Below, piece after piece: positions 28,141 to 42,103 of a stretch of DNA of 64,000 nt. Within the stretch, counting starts at the first letter, position 1. Each line of letters opens with the position of its first letter. The position numbers and the translations under genes are program-made. A model generated the notes under the pieces. The model worked only from the letters and a program-made list of their open reading frames with translations, ran no database searches and was not told the DNA's origin. Source of the stretch: Marsupella aquatica (lineage: Eukaryota > Plantae > Marchantiophyta); NCBI GenBank assembly GCA_973895155.1, contig OZ316897.1:7058470-7122469 (forward strand), in the 5' to 3' direction.

Positions 28141-28830
28141 GACGTAAAAATAAATGCTTAAGAGGACGACCATGGGCACCTTGTTGTGAATGTTATATTT
28201 GCTCAATAGATTGGGGAGTGGCTATGAGATTGGTTCATTCTAGCTATAACATGCAAAAACATACGTAGGCAATTAAGTGTTTAGAGTGAAGCCTCTAGAC
28301 TAATGTGGGGATGAGAAAATGGAGACTGGGTGGGGACGATTGGGAAGCAACATGCAAATTTGTAGTGGCCTATACTGTGATGCCTAGCTTGCCAGGAATC
28401 ATTTAGTTTCATTAGGGGTTAAACTTTTTTAAATAAGTACATGTATATAGTATTGTGTAGATATATTATAAAATTAAACATTTGGGGCTGACTATGGAAC
28501 CGATGCTGTAGCCAAAATGGAGGGTGGATTTGCAATCGTCAGTGAAACAGATTAGGGTTACAGGGTAATCAAGATTGGGCACCCTAATCAACAAAGGATT
28601 AGGGGCGGCAACTTCAATGAAGGGTTTGATGAGGGATAAGGGTCAGGCCCAACACCGTTTACTGTTTATTCTAGCATTCTTGACATTTAGCTTGGCTGGT
28701 GAACAGTGGTGATTGACTGACTATAGCGACGTGAGTGTGGGCATTTGAAGGGGAATTGCAGAAGCTCAAGCGTTGATTCCCCAATTGATTCTTACAAAGG
28801 AATGAACATTGTCAATCAGGCGAGTAAGTT

Positions 28831-29376
28831 TTGGGGCTGCTCAAGGAAGCGCATCAGCTCATAGCGACTTACAAAGTCAAGGAGCCCGGGCAAGCAACAA
28901 TTAGGAAACAAGCGAAGGTGGCCAGACTAGGCAAGGAGGCGAATCTAGGGAGGAATTTAACTCTTGACGTGGACAAGAAGATCAATGAATTACTTGTGGA
29001 GTACCAAGATATTTTTACTTTGAGTCAACTTGACTTATAAGGGATGGATCCAAAGTTAGGAGAACATTGAATTGATCTCATGTTGGGAGCTAAATCTGCC
29101 AATCAGGCGGATGAATCCAAAGTACTCGTTGATGGTGAAGCAAAATTGATAACCTGGTGGAAGTCGGGTTCATCACTCTAGTTTTACATTTGAATTGGGT
29201 ATCCCCAATTTTGATTGTACCAACAAAAGCTGGACCTAATGGAAGATAGAGATCCGGGCCTGCCAGGATCATAGGAAGTTGAACGAGGCCACTTTGAAGG
29301 ATCATTTTCCATTTTCTTTTATTGACATGTTGCTGAACACTATAGCCAGCCATTACTTATACTCATTCATGGATGG
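28831..29376 (+). pseudogene. Gypsy RT N-terminal fragment
   Basis: LLVEYQDIF, RRMNPKYSLMVK, WVSPILIVP, DHFP, YLYSFMDG; cut off at 29376. Confidence 0.8.
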
Positions 29377-31297
29377 TGTTCGCCCCTTTAAAGGTGTCAC
29401 ACAGGGCTGTTAAGCCCCCGGTTAAGCCTTTGAATTTGCGGTATTATAACATAGAGTCATTGCAAAATCATATAATTTTGACATCGCAACATCGCAACAT
29501 CACAACACTGCATTATTGCATCATTACGTAATCATAGTATCGCGACATTGCGACATCGTGACATCGAGGAACTTAGGCTTGTCGGCGGTGATGTGTCGGT
29601 GACAGGTAGGGAGGACAGCTTAACCTACAACTAAGTAATAAGTGAGGGATTTTAGGAAGTGATGGGTTGTTGTGGCCTGGAAGAGCACGTTGAATTGAAG
29701 GAGGAATTCAAATCATAAGTCATCGAGATGGAAAGTCGCATGGAACTCAGGGTAGGAAAACTCAGTAGTAGTAGGAATTTTCTAGAGCAACATTTGCTCA
29801 ACCAAATTGGCTGAAATTTGGTGTGAAGGTAGAGGACAAGTAGACTCACTTGCTAGTAAAGTTTGACTATCAACCAAGTTCTGGTTGGTGAGAGAGAAAT
29901 CAGATGCTGGAAGGGGGTCTTCTGGCAACTTTTTTGCGTGATTGCTACGAGTTTGTTTGAAGTTCTTGAAGCACGTGGAGAGTGTTATGGTGGAGGAAGA
30001 CTTCTCTTGTGTGAAGGAGACATTCAAGGTGAATTATGTTGATTGATTGTGCAAGAAGGTGAGCTAATGTTGATCATTGGAAGATGGGAGGGATGGAATT
30101 TTTGCAGCCGATGTACAGCAGTAGACCAAGGGCAATTATCAACTTGATTGTAGTGAACAATTGATTTGAATCAATGCACCAGAGTTTGAATGGAGGTTAG
30201 AGGCTTGATTAGGAGCTAGATTGAGAGGGAAACACTCAGCCCATGGTGAGGTTTGGATTGGAGTGGCCAAAACTTATTTAAGTGTTCTAGTTTTTGTTGC
30301 TTGGGGACAGATGCCTTGTTGATTAGAGGAAACTTTGCCCAGATGGAGTGGAACCTAAGATCAACAAACATTTGATCCTAGAGTTGGACAGTTGTAGAGA
30401 AGGGAGGAGAAGAACCCTGGACATAGGTTCCATTTGAAGCAAGAAAATTTATGATGTTACGTAAAGTTTCTTTTTCTTGCATCCTTCTTTGCTATGACTT
30501 TAATTATGCAGTTGGCATGAGAATTGAGCTTTAGAGGGATTGAGCACCTGGATGTTACCTTGTGCTCACGCCGGTTGTTTTCTTGGATGTTCCATATGCT
30601 TATGTGGTGTGTTTTGCTATTCATATTTGGTGTCCCATTGGCCAGAGTTACCCCTGGGAGTGACACACTAATTTCTAGAGTCGGGAGGTGATTTTTGACT
30701 AGGGGAGCTATTAGAGTCTTATGCTTGAGATTGTGTTGTAGTCGGGCCCTATGGGCTCAACCCCTAGTTCCATTCTACAAACCAGTTGATGGTAAGAATA
30801 GCAGCATGCCAACGACAAAACTTATGAGGTACCTAGTAGGGTTCTCGGTGACCTGTTGGTGCGTTGTCAGAATGTAAGATCAGCTAGAAGCTATGGTGCA
30901 ACTTCAGGTTCTCCGTGGTCCGGGCAGTACACCTTGGCATCATATTGGCAGTTCCTTATGAAGCCTTGGTGCCTCTAGTTGTGAGCATTTAGGAGGGGCT
31001 TGCTTGCAGGTTTTCTCTGGCTGCCCTACTTGAAGCATATTAGTAAAAGTTGCACTCTCAAAGGGAGGGAGTCCTTGTGGAGAGTTAGGTTGTTTTTGTC
31101 ATTGTAGTCCATGGTTTTGAAGTGGAGAAAGCTCTCCAGCCTCTTGGAAGATAGAGGTGGGGTTTTGGTGGTTCTAAAAAGTATTTCCATCCATCTTCCG
31201 TTGCGGTCCCACCCTAAGCTCTTCCATGGGCACGAACTGGTAGAGATAGCAATATCTTTGCTTGGGTTGTGTGCCCCATGAGTTACCCTCCATGACA
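29377..31297 (+). repeat. LTR-like sequence ending at the Athila-type PBS (may be composite)
   Basis: Non-coding; ends ...ATGACA just before the PBS; internal TGTCAC (29395)...GTGACA (30665) segment. Confidence 0.45.
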
Positions 31298-31300
31298 TTT

Positions 31301-31318
31301 TGGCGCCGCTGCCGAGGA
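31301..31318 (+). promoter_or_regulatory. PBS, tRNA-Asp type (Athila-like)
   Basis: TGGCGCCGCTGCCGAGGA, close to the TGGCGCCGTTGCCGGGGA consensus. Confidence 0.75.
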
Positions 31319-31745
31319 GTTGTGGCGTGAAGACCAAAAGTGGAAGATCTGGATGAGTGAGCGACAACAACGATATTCAACAAGAAGTACTAGGAGAACT
31401 GCTGCAGATCAGGAGGAGGAAGGAGAAGCTTCACCGGGGGACGCTTTTGTAAAAAACTGTTGGCTCCAGACTAGAAAGCAATGCGGAAACATGAGAGAGA
31501 CACTCAATCGGACGCTACACCAACGAGACACCCCAAGTGGAGAAACTCTTGAAGGCTCCATAGCAAAATGAGAGTACATGTGAAGAATGAGGGAGAGAGT
31601 GCTCTCCCTCCAGCCTATACCCCCAAGGGGGCCAAGATGAGTGGGCCTAAACTAAGCGGATCTTATCCTAATGTAATCCAAGGTTAACTAACCCTAGTAA
31701 GGCCAAACTAAGTAAGTCGGGAACTAGAGTCAATTCCTAACAGCT

Positions 31746-32850
31746 TTGGTGAAGAGGACCAGACCTGCACCAATTGTAGCTACTGTACCAGTTCAGATCA
31801 CTCATGTCCAGGTAATTCCAGTCAAGATGCCTCCCTCCTTTCGAATCAAGTACACTAGATTCAAGGGAGATGGTAGTCAATATGTGGATGATTGGATGGA
31901 ACAATATTTGGTAGCCTTAGCAACTAATGATGAGGGAGATGAACCCACAATTACCAAGAGGTTGTTTCATGGATTGATCGATGGTGAAGCTATGAGGTGG
32001 TACAATGTTTTGACACCTGGAGTGAAAGCTAATTGGCCGAGGCTAAAGTCAGCATTTGAGGAAGAGTTCAAGGAGATTGGAGCTGATTCTAGAGAGATGT
32101 CCCGACTGACTCTATCAAGATTCATGCGCGCCAACTGATTCCTTGCAGAGCTACACCCAATGGGTCCAACAGCTGATTGGAAAGTTATGGACTGCACCAC
32201 CAGCTAACCTTCAGCTGGAGTGGTTCATCTCTGGCCCTCTCTCTGGCCTACCAGAGTTGCTTGGTTTTGAGGTAAGGAAGGCAGATCCTCAAACCTTGGC
32301 AGCTGTTGTTGATGTAGCCAAGATGTATGAGAAGTCAGCACTACTGTCCGACCGTTGGGCAGATAAGAAGCTGAAGAAGGTGAGATTTAAATAGGAATCA
32401 GAGGATAGTGATGACTATTTGGTAGAGGAGGAGCCTAAGCCCTGCCCAGCTAAGGAGACACCCCTTGCCAAGGTGGTGAAGGATGAGATGCAGACCTTGA
32501 GGGCAGCCATTGAAGAGGTGAAGGTGCAGATGGCCGACATCAAGAGGAATAGGAAACCTGTACCTATGGCCCGCGCCAATGTGTGGTGTACCTGTTGCAA
32601 GAAAGAAGGTCACTTCTCTCAAGATTGCCAAGCTGATTGGAGGATGATTCAGGAGGCTGAGATGAGTCCACAAGAGGTTGAACTTAGGGAGATGGAGTCT
32701 CTTTATGCCATTCAGCAAGGACCTGTGCGTGTTGAGATGAGAGCTAGGACTGGCTATCCAGTGCCTAGAATACCCGGTACTTGTTGGGAGTGTGGAGAGG
32801 CTGGTCATATTTCACCTGAGTGCCCACATCGGCGATATGACCGTCACCGT
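31746..32850 (+). mobile_element. Degenerate Gypsy gag with two zinc knuckles
   Basis: RFKGDG..DDWMEQY, GEAMRWY, CTCCKKEGHFSQDC, CWECGEAGHISPEC. Confidence 0.85.
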
Positions 32851-33552
32851 GATCCAGAGCCCCATGATCACAACTCACCTTCACCTTTGGAGGAGGGGTC
32901 TGGAGAGGCCATGGCTGTTGTTCTTGGGATTGGACCAGTCCACAAGATCCTTGCCCTCGTAGACAATGCAACGGCATTGTATCTCACAATAGGAATACTG
33001 TCGTTAGCCATCTAGGATTCACGGTCGTCATGTACCACCAACACCAGAGTTAAGTTTCCTTCTTATTGCATAACTATTTTGCTTAACTTTAACTATCACA
33101 AGGTTGGGGCACTTTGCCTTCATTCATGTTCAAGTTTGCTTGCATTCTGAGATTTTATTGATTACATGTGGAACAGATTCTGGTTGTGCCATCACCTCCT
33201 AAGGACCGCATGAGAGAGGTTGCACGTCAAGCACTCACAACACTGGTGCCCCCATCGGCACTAGATGCCACTTTGAGGGAAATAAACCGTGTTTTTGATA
33301 GGAGGAGGGTGTCACAAGTGCACCTTATTGAGAGGGGAGTCATGGCCAATACCAGACCACGGTCTTTGGAGTCTCGTTTGCCTAGAACAAGGCCACCACA
33401 TTGTCCTTTTCTTTATGCATCTATTTCTCGAGCACCAAGAGAGTTGCATGGGAGAGCCTTGGAAATCATAAAGGACTCCTTCCCTACCCAACTTGGGCTC
33501 CTTGTGGACCTTCCAATTAGGGAGCCTAGCATAGTTTGGGATTTCCCATAGG

Positions 33553-36500
33553 TGTTGAGCATAGACGACACTCGTAACAATAAGCACATGACACATCCAA
33601 CGCGCAAGTAATCGACACAAGAGATACGTGGTTCACCTCCTTGAGGCTACGTCCACGGGAACACACAAGAGAGCTTTACTGAACTCTAAGCCCGTCGGCT
33701 ATACCAAGTCTCCACAGTGTAAGCTCTCCTCATCTCTCAAGTGGCCCCATAACAATGAGCCTAAGTTCCACTTATCCAAGCAAACACCGCTTGGCATATA
33801 GTGTGCATCCTAGTTAACCTAACCACGTCTCCGACTACGGTTAGTCTAACTATGATTATATGTCGTAACCCTAGACCTTGAGTAAATACCTAACAATCTC
33901 CCCCTTGACTCTGGTCTAGGGGAGGGCAATATTGCTAACCTATATGATTCCTCAGCGGGAAGTTCTGGACGGAAACCAACATGGTTTCCCCTCTCTAACT
34001 AGAGCAAACCAGAACTAAGCCGTAGCCTATTACTAGGAGTGAAGAAGAGCATATATCAGTAATTACAGCGAATGTTAAGAAAAACCCTTACTTGTGACGC
34101 AATTGCAAAACCTGCAACACATCACAATGTCTAGAGAAACTTTCCAAAGGAATCACTTTGGTAAATGCGTCAACTGGGTTGAGTTTACCGTCTATCTTGA
34201 CTAGCTCAAACAAATTATCAGACACAACCTGCCTGATAAAATGGTACCTGACGTCTATGTGCTTCACTCTACTGTCCATCACCTGGTTCACAGCAAGGTG
34301 GAGCGCACTCTGACTATCATAGTGGAGCTTCACATTCCCCTATGGCAATCCCATTTCAGTGATAAGTCTATCCAACCAAATTGCTTCCTTCACTGCTTCC
34401 ACTGCTGCAACATACTCTGCTTCTGTAGTAGACTGAGCAATACACTTCTGCAAAGTAGACCTCCAACTTATGCATCCACTGCCAAGTGTGAACACGTATC
34501 CTATTGTTGATCTCCTTCGGTCTAGATCTTGTCCATAGTCAGAATCTACATGGCCAATCAATGATCTTGCATTATTTGCATTTGCATCAAATAAAAGACC
34601 ATGATCCATGGTACCGTTCAAGTACCTGATAATCCACTTCACTGCTTCCCAGTGTACCTTCCCTGGATTCGATATGTACCTGCTTACCTTGCCCATAGCC
34701 ATGGCAAGATTAGGTCTAGTGCAAGTCATCAAATACACGAGACTTCCCACTACCTTATCATAAGGAACCTTTGACATCAGCCCCTTCTCTGTCGCATTTG
34801 TGGGACAAAAAGCTGTTGACAATTTGAAGTGTGCAGCCAAAGGGGTACTTACTGGCTTACTATCCCCCATGTTGAACCTGGGAATTACCTTCCTTGCATA
34901 ACTGCTCTGTGTCAACCATAGCTTACCAGCCTCCAAGTCCCTAGTGATCTCCATACCCAAAATCCTCTTAGCTGGCCATAAGTCCTTCATCTTAAACTTT
35001 GCATTTAGCAGTGCCTTGAGCTTAACAATCTCAGACCTATCCTTGGTCGCAATAAGCATGTCATCCACATAAAGTACTAAAACAATGAACCCAAAGACAA
35101 TATTTTCACCGGTTTCAAATATACACAAGGGTCAAACACACACCTGTGAAAACCTTGTGACCGAATCCAATTGTCAAACCGCTTGTTCCACTGTCTTGGT
35201 GACTGCTTCAACCCATACAAGGATTTCAACAATCTGCAAACCAGTTCCTCTTGTCATCTCTTCACAAAACCTAGCGGCTGTCTCATGAAGATCACCTCTT
35301 CCAAGGTGCCATAGAGGAAAGTTGTGACAACATCCATCACTAGTACATTTTACCTCCTTTTTCTGATTCTCTCCACATCGGATGCCTTTGTAAAATAAAA
35401 TTTGAAAAACCATACATCCGATACTACTAGCATCGCAACATGCCATTTTAATAGTATCAGATATTGACAATCGGACTTCTATCAGAAAGTCCGATGGTGG
35501 GAGAATGGGAAAGTCCGATGCTAGGAGAATGGGAATGTTCGATGGTGAGAGAATGGGAAAGTCCGATGCTAGGAGAATGGGAAAGTCCAAAGCAATCGAA
35601 ATGGGATATGCATTTCAGCGGACGAGACATGCTCAGGTCACCCATCTCTTCCGATCCTTTAATTGGGTTCTACGTTCATTTGGAACTATGAGCTAGGTGC
35701 CCATTTCCCTTGACATGTGAACTCTTCAAATTTTCTCAACTAATTGGTCACCCATCCCAATTGCTATTCCTCCAACATGAGCTTAACTTTGTGGTTCTTA
35801 TTCCTTACATTGTACATGCAAGCTTAGCACTTTTGTTGTTTGACTTAGAGTGTTTGGGGATTTTATACACTTGTGAATTTACTAAGACCCATAATTTGGA
35901 CCCATTCTTGATCCATTTTTCTCTATCATGAGATTAGATCTTTGCATCAAGTGACCTATTCTAGTTACCCTGTTACATTCCCCTAGGAGAAACCAATAGA
36001 AATTTGGCAGGGGTCATTCGTCGATAGTAAAGCCTTCCTTCATTAGATTTGATATGGGATAATATTATGGCTTATTAGTTATTGATGATATTTTGGTCTA
36101 AAGCCTTAGCATCAATGGCTCTTGATTGTCTCATCTTTTATCAACTATGTTGTTGTTGGACTTGCAACAAAGACTACATGGGAGAAGCAATCTCCTTCTA
36201 GATGATATATTTTGGACTTGGCTGCATGTTGAGCACATATTTCCTTAAGGGAACAATATGTTGGGTCTTGGAAGGAGGCAAAAACAACACTCAAGTCCAT
36301 TTGCCTCAAGTATAAAGTTATTCATGCATGCAAGAATGATTGCATCTTTTGGGAAGAGTATGTCGGTGCAACCACATACCCCATCTAACACATCAAAACT
36401 TTTCATTTTAACACAATCAAAATTTGTCTTTTTGCCACAACCAGACTTTCCCATGCTCCCAGCATCGAACTTTCCCATTCTTCTAGGATCGGACTTTCTC

Positions 36501-39500
36501 ATTCTTCTAGCATCGGACTTTTCCATACTCCCAGCATCGGACTTTCCCATGTTAGCACAATCGGATATAATATCCGTTCTTATTAACTACAGAACTTTTC
36601 CGATCAATATTGTAATGCACATCATTTTCGTTACAAAAAACATCGGACATATCAATCAAAGTTTTTGTTGAGGGATCCGACGTGTTTTCTAACGGATATG
36701 ATCCGTTTTTTAACGCATCGGAAAGGTTCCGTTGTCAATTATATCGGAAATGAAGATATCCGAAGCCGAGAGTATGGCATATTGCCATTTTATGATAATC
36801 GGAATTTCCGATGCTAAAAGAATCGGACGCTGATTGTTCGCAAAAATTGAGCATCGAAAATCAGCTTAATATGTACTAGTGCATCTGATCTAGCAGTAGA
36901 CCAAACATTACAACAAGCACACACAATAGCCGTATTGTTGAGTACTTAGCAACTGGTGAGAAGAGCTCATTGTAATCCACACCTTTCTCTTGTGTGAATC
37001 CCTTGGCTACCAACCTAGCCTTGTAGACCTTCAATCCACTTCCTACGGAATTATCCTTCAGCTTGTAAATCCACTTGTTGTCCACCACTTGCTGACCCTT
37101 AGGCAGCTTAACAAGCTCCCAAGTTTTGTTGTCCTTTAGTGATTGCATCTCCGTTTGCATTGCTACAGTCCACTCTTGCTTCTCCTTTGAAGCACTTGCC
37201 TCATGAAATGAAGAAGGTTCCCCTTCTTCCAAAACCAACGCATCACCCTCATCATCAGCTGCAAAATCATCCTCTTGCAATTGAGATAAATCAACCCACT
37301 GTCCATACCTAGGAGGAGCGCGTACAGTGCAACCAGATGTTCTTCTAGTCAATGACTCTGGTTGAATTGCATCTACTAGTACAATTTGAATCTCAGCAGC
37401 ATCCACTTGCTGCTCATCAGCATCAACAAACTCCTCTTGTTCCTCTGGCACAGGAACCAGCTCCATGCTTGGAGCACCTCCTTCTCGTCGATCATGTACC
37501 TCATGATCAATCTCTCCCTCAACAAGATCCGGGATAGGAGATTTTCCTTTGTCAGTACGGGAGACCTGAGTATTCTTCCCCTCCTCCAATAATCTGGATT
37601 CATTGAAGGAAACATCCCTACTGACAACGAGCTTACAAGCAATAGGATCCCATAGCCTGTAGGCCTTCACACCACTCTGATACCCAAGAAAAATATATTT
37701 CTTGGACGTAGGATCCAACTTGGTCCTATTCTGCTTTGGTGTGAGAGCATATGCATCACTTCCAAAAACTACCAAGCCATGATAGTCTGCTTGCCGCTTA
37801 TAACGTATTTCAAACGGCGTTTTGAAATTGATTGCACTAGAAGGAGAAAGATTTACCAAATAAGCTGCAGTATTGACAGCTTCTGCCCAAAATTCATGTG
37901 GTAAACCTGATTGGCTCAACATACTCCATGATCGCTCCAACAGTGTTCGATTGAGCCTCTCAGCGACACCATTCTGTTGCGGAGTATAAACTGTGGTGAG
38001 ATGGCGAGTTATCCCCTGTTTAGCACAGTACTCTTCAAATTCTATTGAAGTGTACTCCCCACCGTTGTCTGACCTCAGACTCTTCACCCTTGTATCCAAA
38101 CACTTAACCGTGTTTCCTGTCTAATTCTCCACTTGGGCCTTCCACTTCGTAAAAATGGACAAGACATCAGACTTATGCGTCATGAAATAAATCCATACAA
38201 ATCTTGAGTAATCGTCAATAAATGATACATAGTACAATTTTCCAGAGTGTGAGGGAGTCGGGGATGGACCCCACACGTCACTATGTATGTACTCAAGAAC
38301 CGCTTTGGAACGATGAGTTCCAACACCGAAAGCACGACGATGTTGCTTTCCAAAAATGCAATGCTCACAGAAATCCAATTTAAAAGACTGCAAATCAGAA
38401 ATGAGCCCATTCTTCCGCAAGATAGCCAATCCCTTCTCACTCATGTGGCCTAGCCGTGAATGCCACAGTTGAGTCATTTTCTCGTGAGACTTGGTTACAT
38501 TGGCCTCTCCACATATTGTATTGCCCTGCAGCACATACAAATTCTTCTGTCTGCTCCCTTCAAAATCATTGTCTCTCCCAACATGACTTGAAGTTCACCA
38601 TCAATTACTGACCATTTGTATCCAACACGCCGAGTGAAATCAAATTCTTACGCATGCCAGGTACAAACCTGACTCCGGACACTGTGCGCACAATGCCATC
38701 AAACATTTGAATCTTTACAGACCCAATACCCTCAACTCGACAGGAGTGATCATTTCCCATCAAAACTGAACCGTTTGACACAGAATAAGAATTGAAATAC
38801 TCGCGAATGTAACAAATGTGAAAAGAGCAAGCACAATCAAAAATTCACACATCATTTTCTCTCTTAGATGATGTGCACAGGGCATACTCATGACTTCATA
38901 AAACATACTCATCATTGAGTAAATCAACTTCTTCATCAGCACTAGCCCACATTGGCTGATGAAGATTCAGCTGCCTTATCCTTACAATCCCTCTTAACGT
39001 GACCAACCTTGTGACACTTCCAGCAGACTACTGGCTTTCTCTCCTGGGACTTCCCCCTTGAAGCAAATCTTGTCCTAGATTTACTTCTTCCCATGCCCTA
39101 CGTGCGTTGCTCTTGACGCTTTTGTGACCTCCCACGATTCACATTCAAGGCAGCACCAGACGATGATGATGGCTGAGAGGGCATGGTCAATTTCTGCTGC
39201 AAGTCATCAGTCAACAGAGCACTTACAACTTCATTGTAAGTGAAAGTCTTCCTGTCACGATGAAGCAGCACTCGTGACAATGACTGATACGATGAGGGTA
39301 AAGAGCTAAGCAAGTGAAGAGCCTGCCGCTCATCACTCAAATCCTCCCCCAGATTTTGCAAATCAACGACCAGGTCGTTGAAACCATCGATATGGTCCTT
39401 CATCTTTGCACTTCCCTCCTTCATCTTGAAGCTCATAAGTTTTAAAGATGTGTAGAGCCGATTTGATAGCTCATTTTGATGGTACTTTTGCTCCAACGCG

Positions 39501-41608
39501 ACAAACAATGATGCACAATCGACATGGTCTGCCAACTGCTTGATGACATTAGGCTGAAGATAGAGCATCACAGTGCTCACAGCCTGCTCCTGCATGTTCT
39601 GCCAGTTATCATTGTTGACATCATTTGGCTGGTCCTTCAGCAATTTCCCAAGCCCGGTTGCACGGAGTACCCCCTTCACTTGTTGCTCCCACAACAAGTA
39701 GTCTGTGCGGCCATCGTATTTTGTAACCTTAAACTTGGGACCTCCAAGCTTGATTGTCCCCATCCTTTTTCTTGTCACTCATCGCAATACCGGTGACCAC
39801 AATTCTGCTAGATCTTCCGCTTCCTCCCCTGTTCTCTCCGGTGACTCAACAGAACCCTCCTCCAAGTCACTCATGTGAGAAATCAAGAAAAAATGACGTT
39901 TTTCTCAACTTCTCAAAAAACTCAAAAGTTATCACCGCCACGTAGCCCACGAGCCTAGCTTTCCAACGCTGAAAACCAAAATCAAAACCGAACTCCAACG
40001 TAAAAGTTATTCACTTTTCGGTCGGGGTGGGTAAAACTTGGAATTCTCCCTCGTTTTGACCACCTCGGGGAATAACCAAAATGTGAACTAGTACCCGACG
40101 TCGGAAATGCAATTCAATTTGTGCACCGCGTTGCCAACTCCAATGGCTAGCAACTTGCCGAAGACGAACGAAAAAAGTTACCTTTCGGCGGACGAAATCT
40201 TCCACAGACGGACAAAACATATCTCTCTGGTTTTTTGGAATATTCTATGACCCTTGTACAGGCCCTGTGGGAATTTTGGAAGAACAATTGAGGGGCTGAC
40301 ACGTGTCCTCAAACCCCCAAAACCCCCTATCACCCTTCGTCATCGAAATTTGGTCGCGCGCGCAAAAAATACACATGGCAGAATGTACCCCTTGACACCA
40401 AACGCAAGATATCTCACTCGTAGTTTGACGAAATCAAGATCTGATTTCAGATTTGGAAACTAGATTCCAAAGCGGTGAAGATCGATATAAGAAGCACCCA
40501 AAATGAGGAAAGAACAAGGGAGAAAAAAATTGGTAAAAATGACAGATTTTTCTCAATTGCCATAGCCAATTTCGAATCAGTTTTTCAAAGAGAAAAAATG
40601 GTACCTTGTCAACAATGAATGTTAATGAATTGCACTTGGTGCCGTCACCAAGTCCAACAAGGTAATTGATTTCGCTTAGCCTTCCTCTTCGCATCAAAGA
40701 GCCAATCCCGGACTCAAAACAATCGTCTTGCCTCAATCTCTCTGTTGAGTCAAAACACTTGACGCTTCTCCCTCCGAGTCGATTGCCATGACAGGAAACC
40801 CCACTCAGGCAAAAGAGGACTCCATAGCCGGTCAGAAAATCAAAATGCTTCTTTTGCTCGTCCCGTCGCACACGGTACTCACTTGGTAACAAATCAGCTA
40901 CCAAAACAAATAGCTCGTCCCGATCTACAAGCAGAGCTATAGCATGCGATGCCTCCTTCGCCGTAGAGCTCACACCGTCGAGAAAATAAACTCTGGTCCC
41001 TCCTCTAAAAAACCGTCGAACACAAATATTGCCGACTTTCTTCACAAAATCCAGAATGACAAAAACTTAGATCTCTCACGAGCTCTGTTCAGCGATTTCT
41101 TCACACCATTAGAAAGCTCTTGCCTCGATCTATCCATTGAGCCCATAAACTCCAAGTTCCATGCGATGGAACTCCGGGAAATCCACCGACACTCAACGCT
41201 GGAAAAACCGTCACGAAATCCCATCATGAACACACGTCACCTCCCAGGCATGCTCTGATACCAATTGTTGAGCATAGACGACACTCGTAACGATAAGCAC
41301 ATGACACATCCAACGCGCAAGTAGTCGACACAAGAGATACGTGGTTCACCTCCTTGAGGCTACGTCCATGGGAACACACAAGAGAGCTTTACTGAACTCT
41401 AAGCCCGTCGGCTATACCAAGTCTCCACAGTGTAAGCTCTCCTCATCTCTCAAGTGGCCCCATAACAATGAGCCTAAGTTCCACTTATCCAAGCAAACAC
41501 CGCTTGGCATATAGTGTGCATCCTAGTTAACCTAACCACGTCTCCGACTACGGTTAGTCTAACTATGGTTATATGTCGTAACCCTAGACCTTGAGTAAAT
41601 ACCTAACA
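33553..41608 (-). mobile_element. Full-length Ty1/Copia LTR retrotransposon (inactivated)
   Basis: 343-bp LTRs at 33553-33895 and 41266-41608 with 4 differences by eye; TSD ATAGG/ATGGG; PBS 41252-41263; PPT from 33896; gag (39098-39778), CWKCHKVGHVKRDC, integrase (HSDVWGP, RSDNGGEY, PQQNGVAER), RT (YKARLVAKG, QMDV, LYVDDML), RNaseH (VKHIDVRYHFIR). Confidence 0.97.
35338..36881. mobile_element. Non-autonomous CACTA element inserted in the Copia RT
   Basis: TIRs CACTAGTACAT/ATGTACTAGTG; 3-bp TSD CAT; inverted arrays of about 21-bp GAATGGGAAAGTCCGATGCT repeats at about 35485-35590 and 36443-36552; removing it restores LDQMDV. Confidence 0.95.
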
Positions 41609-41767
41609 ATGGGTCCTCCTCTCGTCCACATTGGGCCCTGACATAGGGCTAGGATTATTTGCGCTTGTAGATATTGTGATCCCTGATGGTTGTGCACCCG
41701 AGGGCTTGTCTCAACAATATTGGACCTTTGGGCAATATGGCATGTCGGTCAAGCTTGACCCTAGGTA

Positions 41768-42103
41768 TGTTAAGTATTTCTCTTAGTCTTGTGACTCATA
41801 GGTTACAACAATTAGTCTAACCATAGTTAGGGACTTAATTAACTGAGGTTAGGTTAGTTGTAAGTGACCTTGTATATACCAGGGCTAGTGTAAGCCACTG
41901 GACGGTACATTAGTGCTTGCGTATTGTAACGACGCAACGTGAGAGAGAGAGCTCAATTGTGGAGACGACTCTTGAAGTAAAGCTTTTCATGTTCGTGTGG
42001 ATGTAGCCTTGGAGAAGAGGTGAACCACGTATAGATTGTGTCAACTATGTGGGCATCGTATGAGTCATGATCATATCGTCAAGAATGACGTTTTAATTCA
42101 ACA
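41768..42103 (+). mobile_element. Copia-type solo LTR
   Basis: TGTT...AACA; perfect TSD AGGTA; shares GAGGTGAACCACGTA with the Copia LTR family. Confidence 0.92.

Noticed and set aside
35085-35337. Apparent deletion in the Copia RT
   Set aside because: RT continues (MDVVTTFLYG..) once the CACTA at 35338-36881 is removed.
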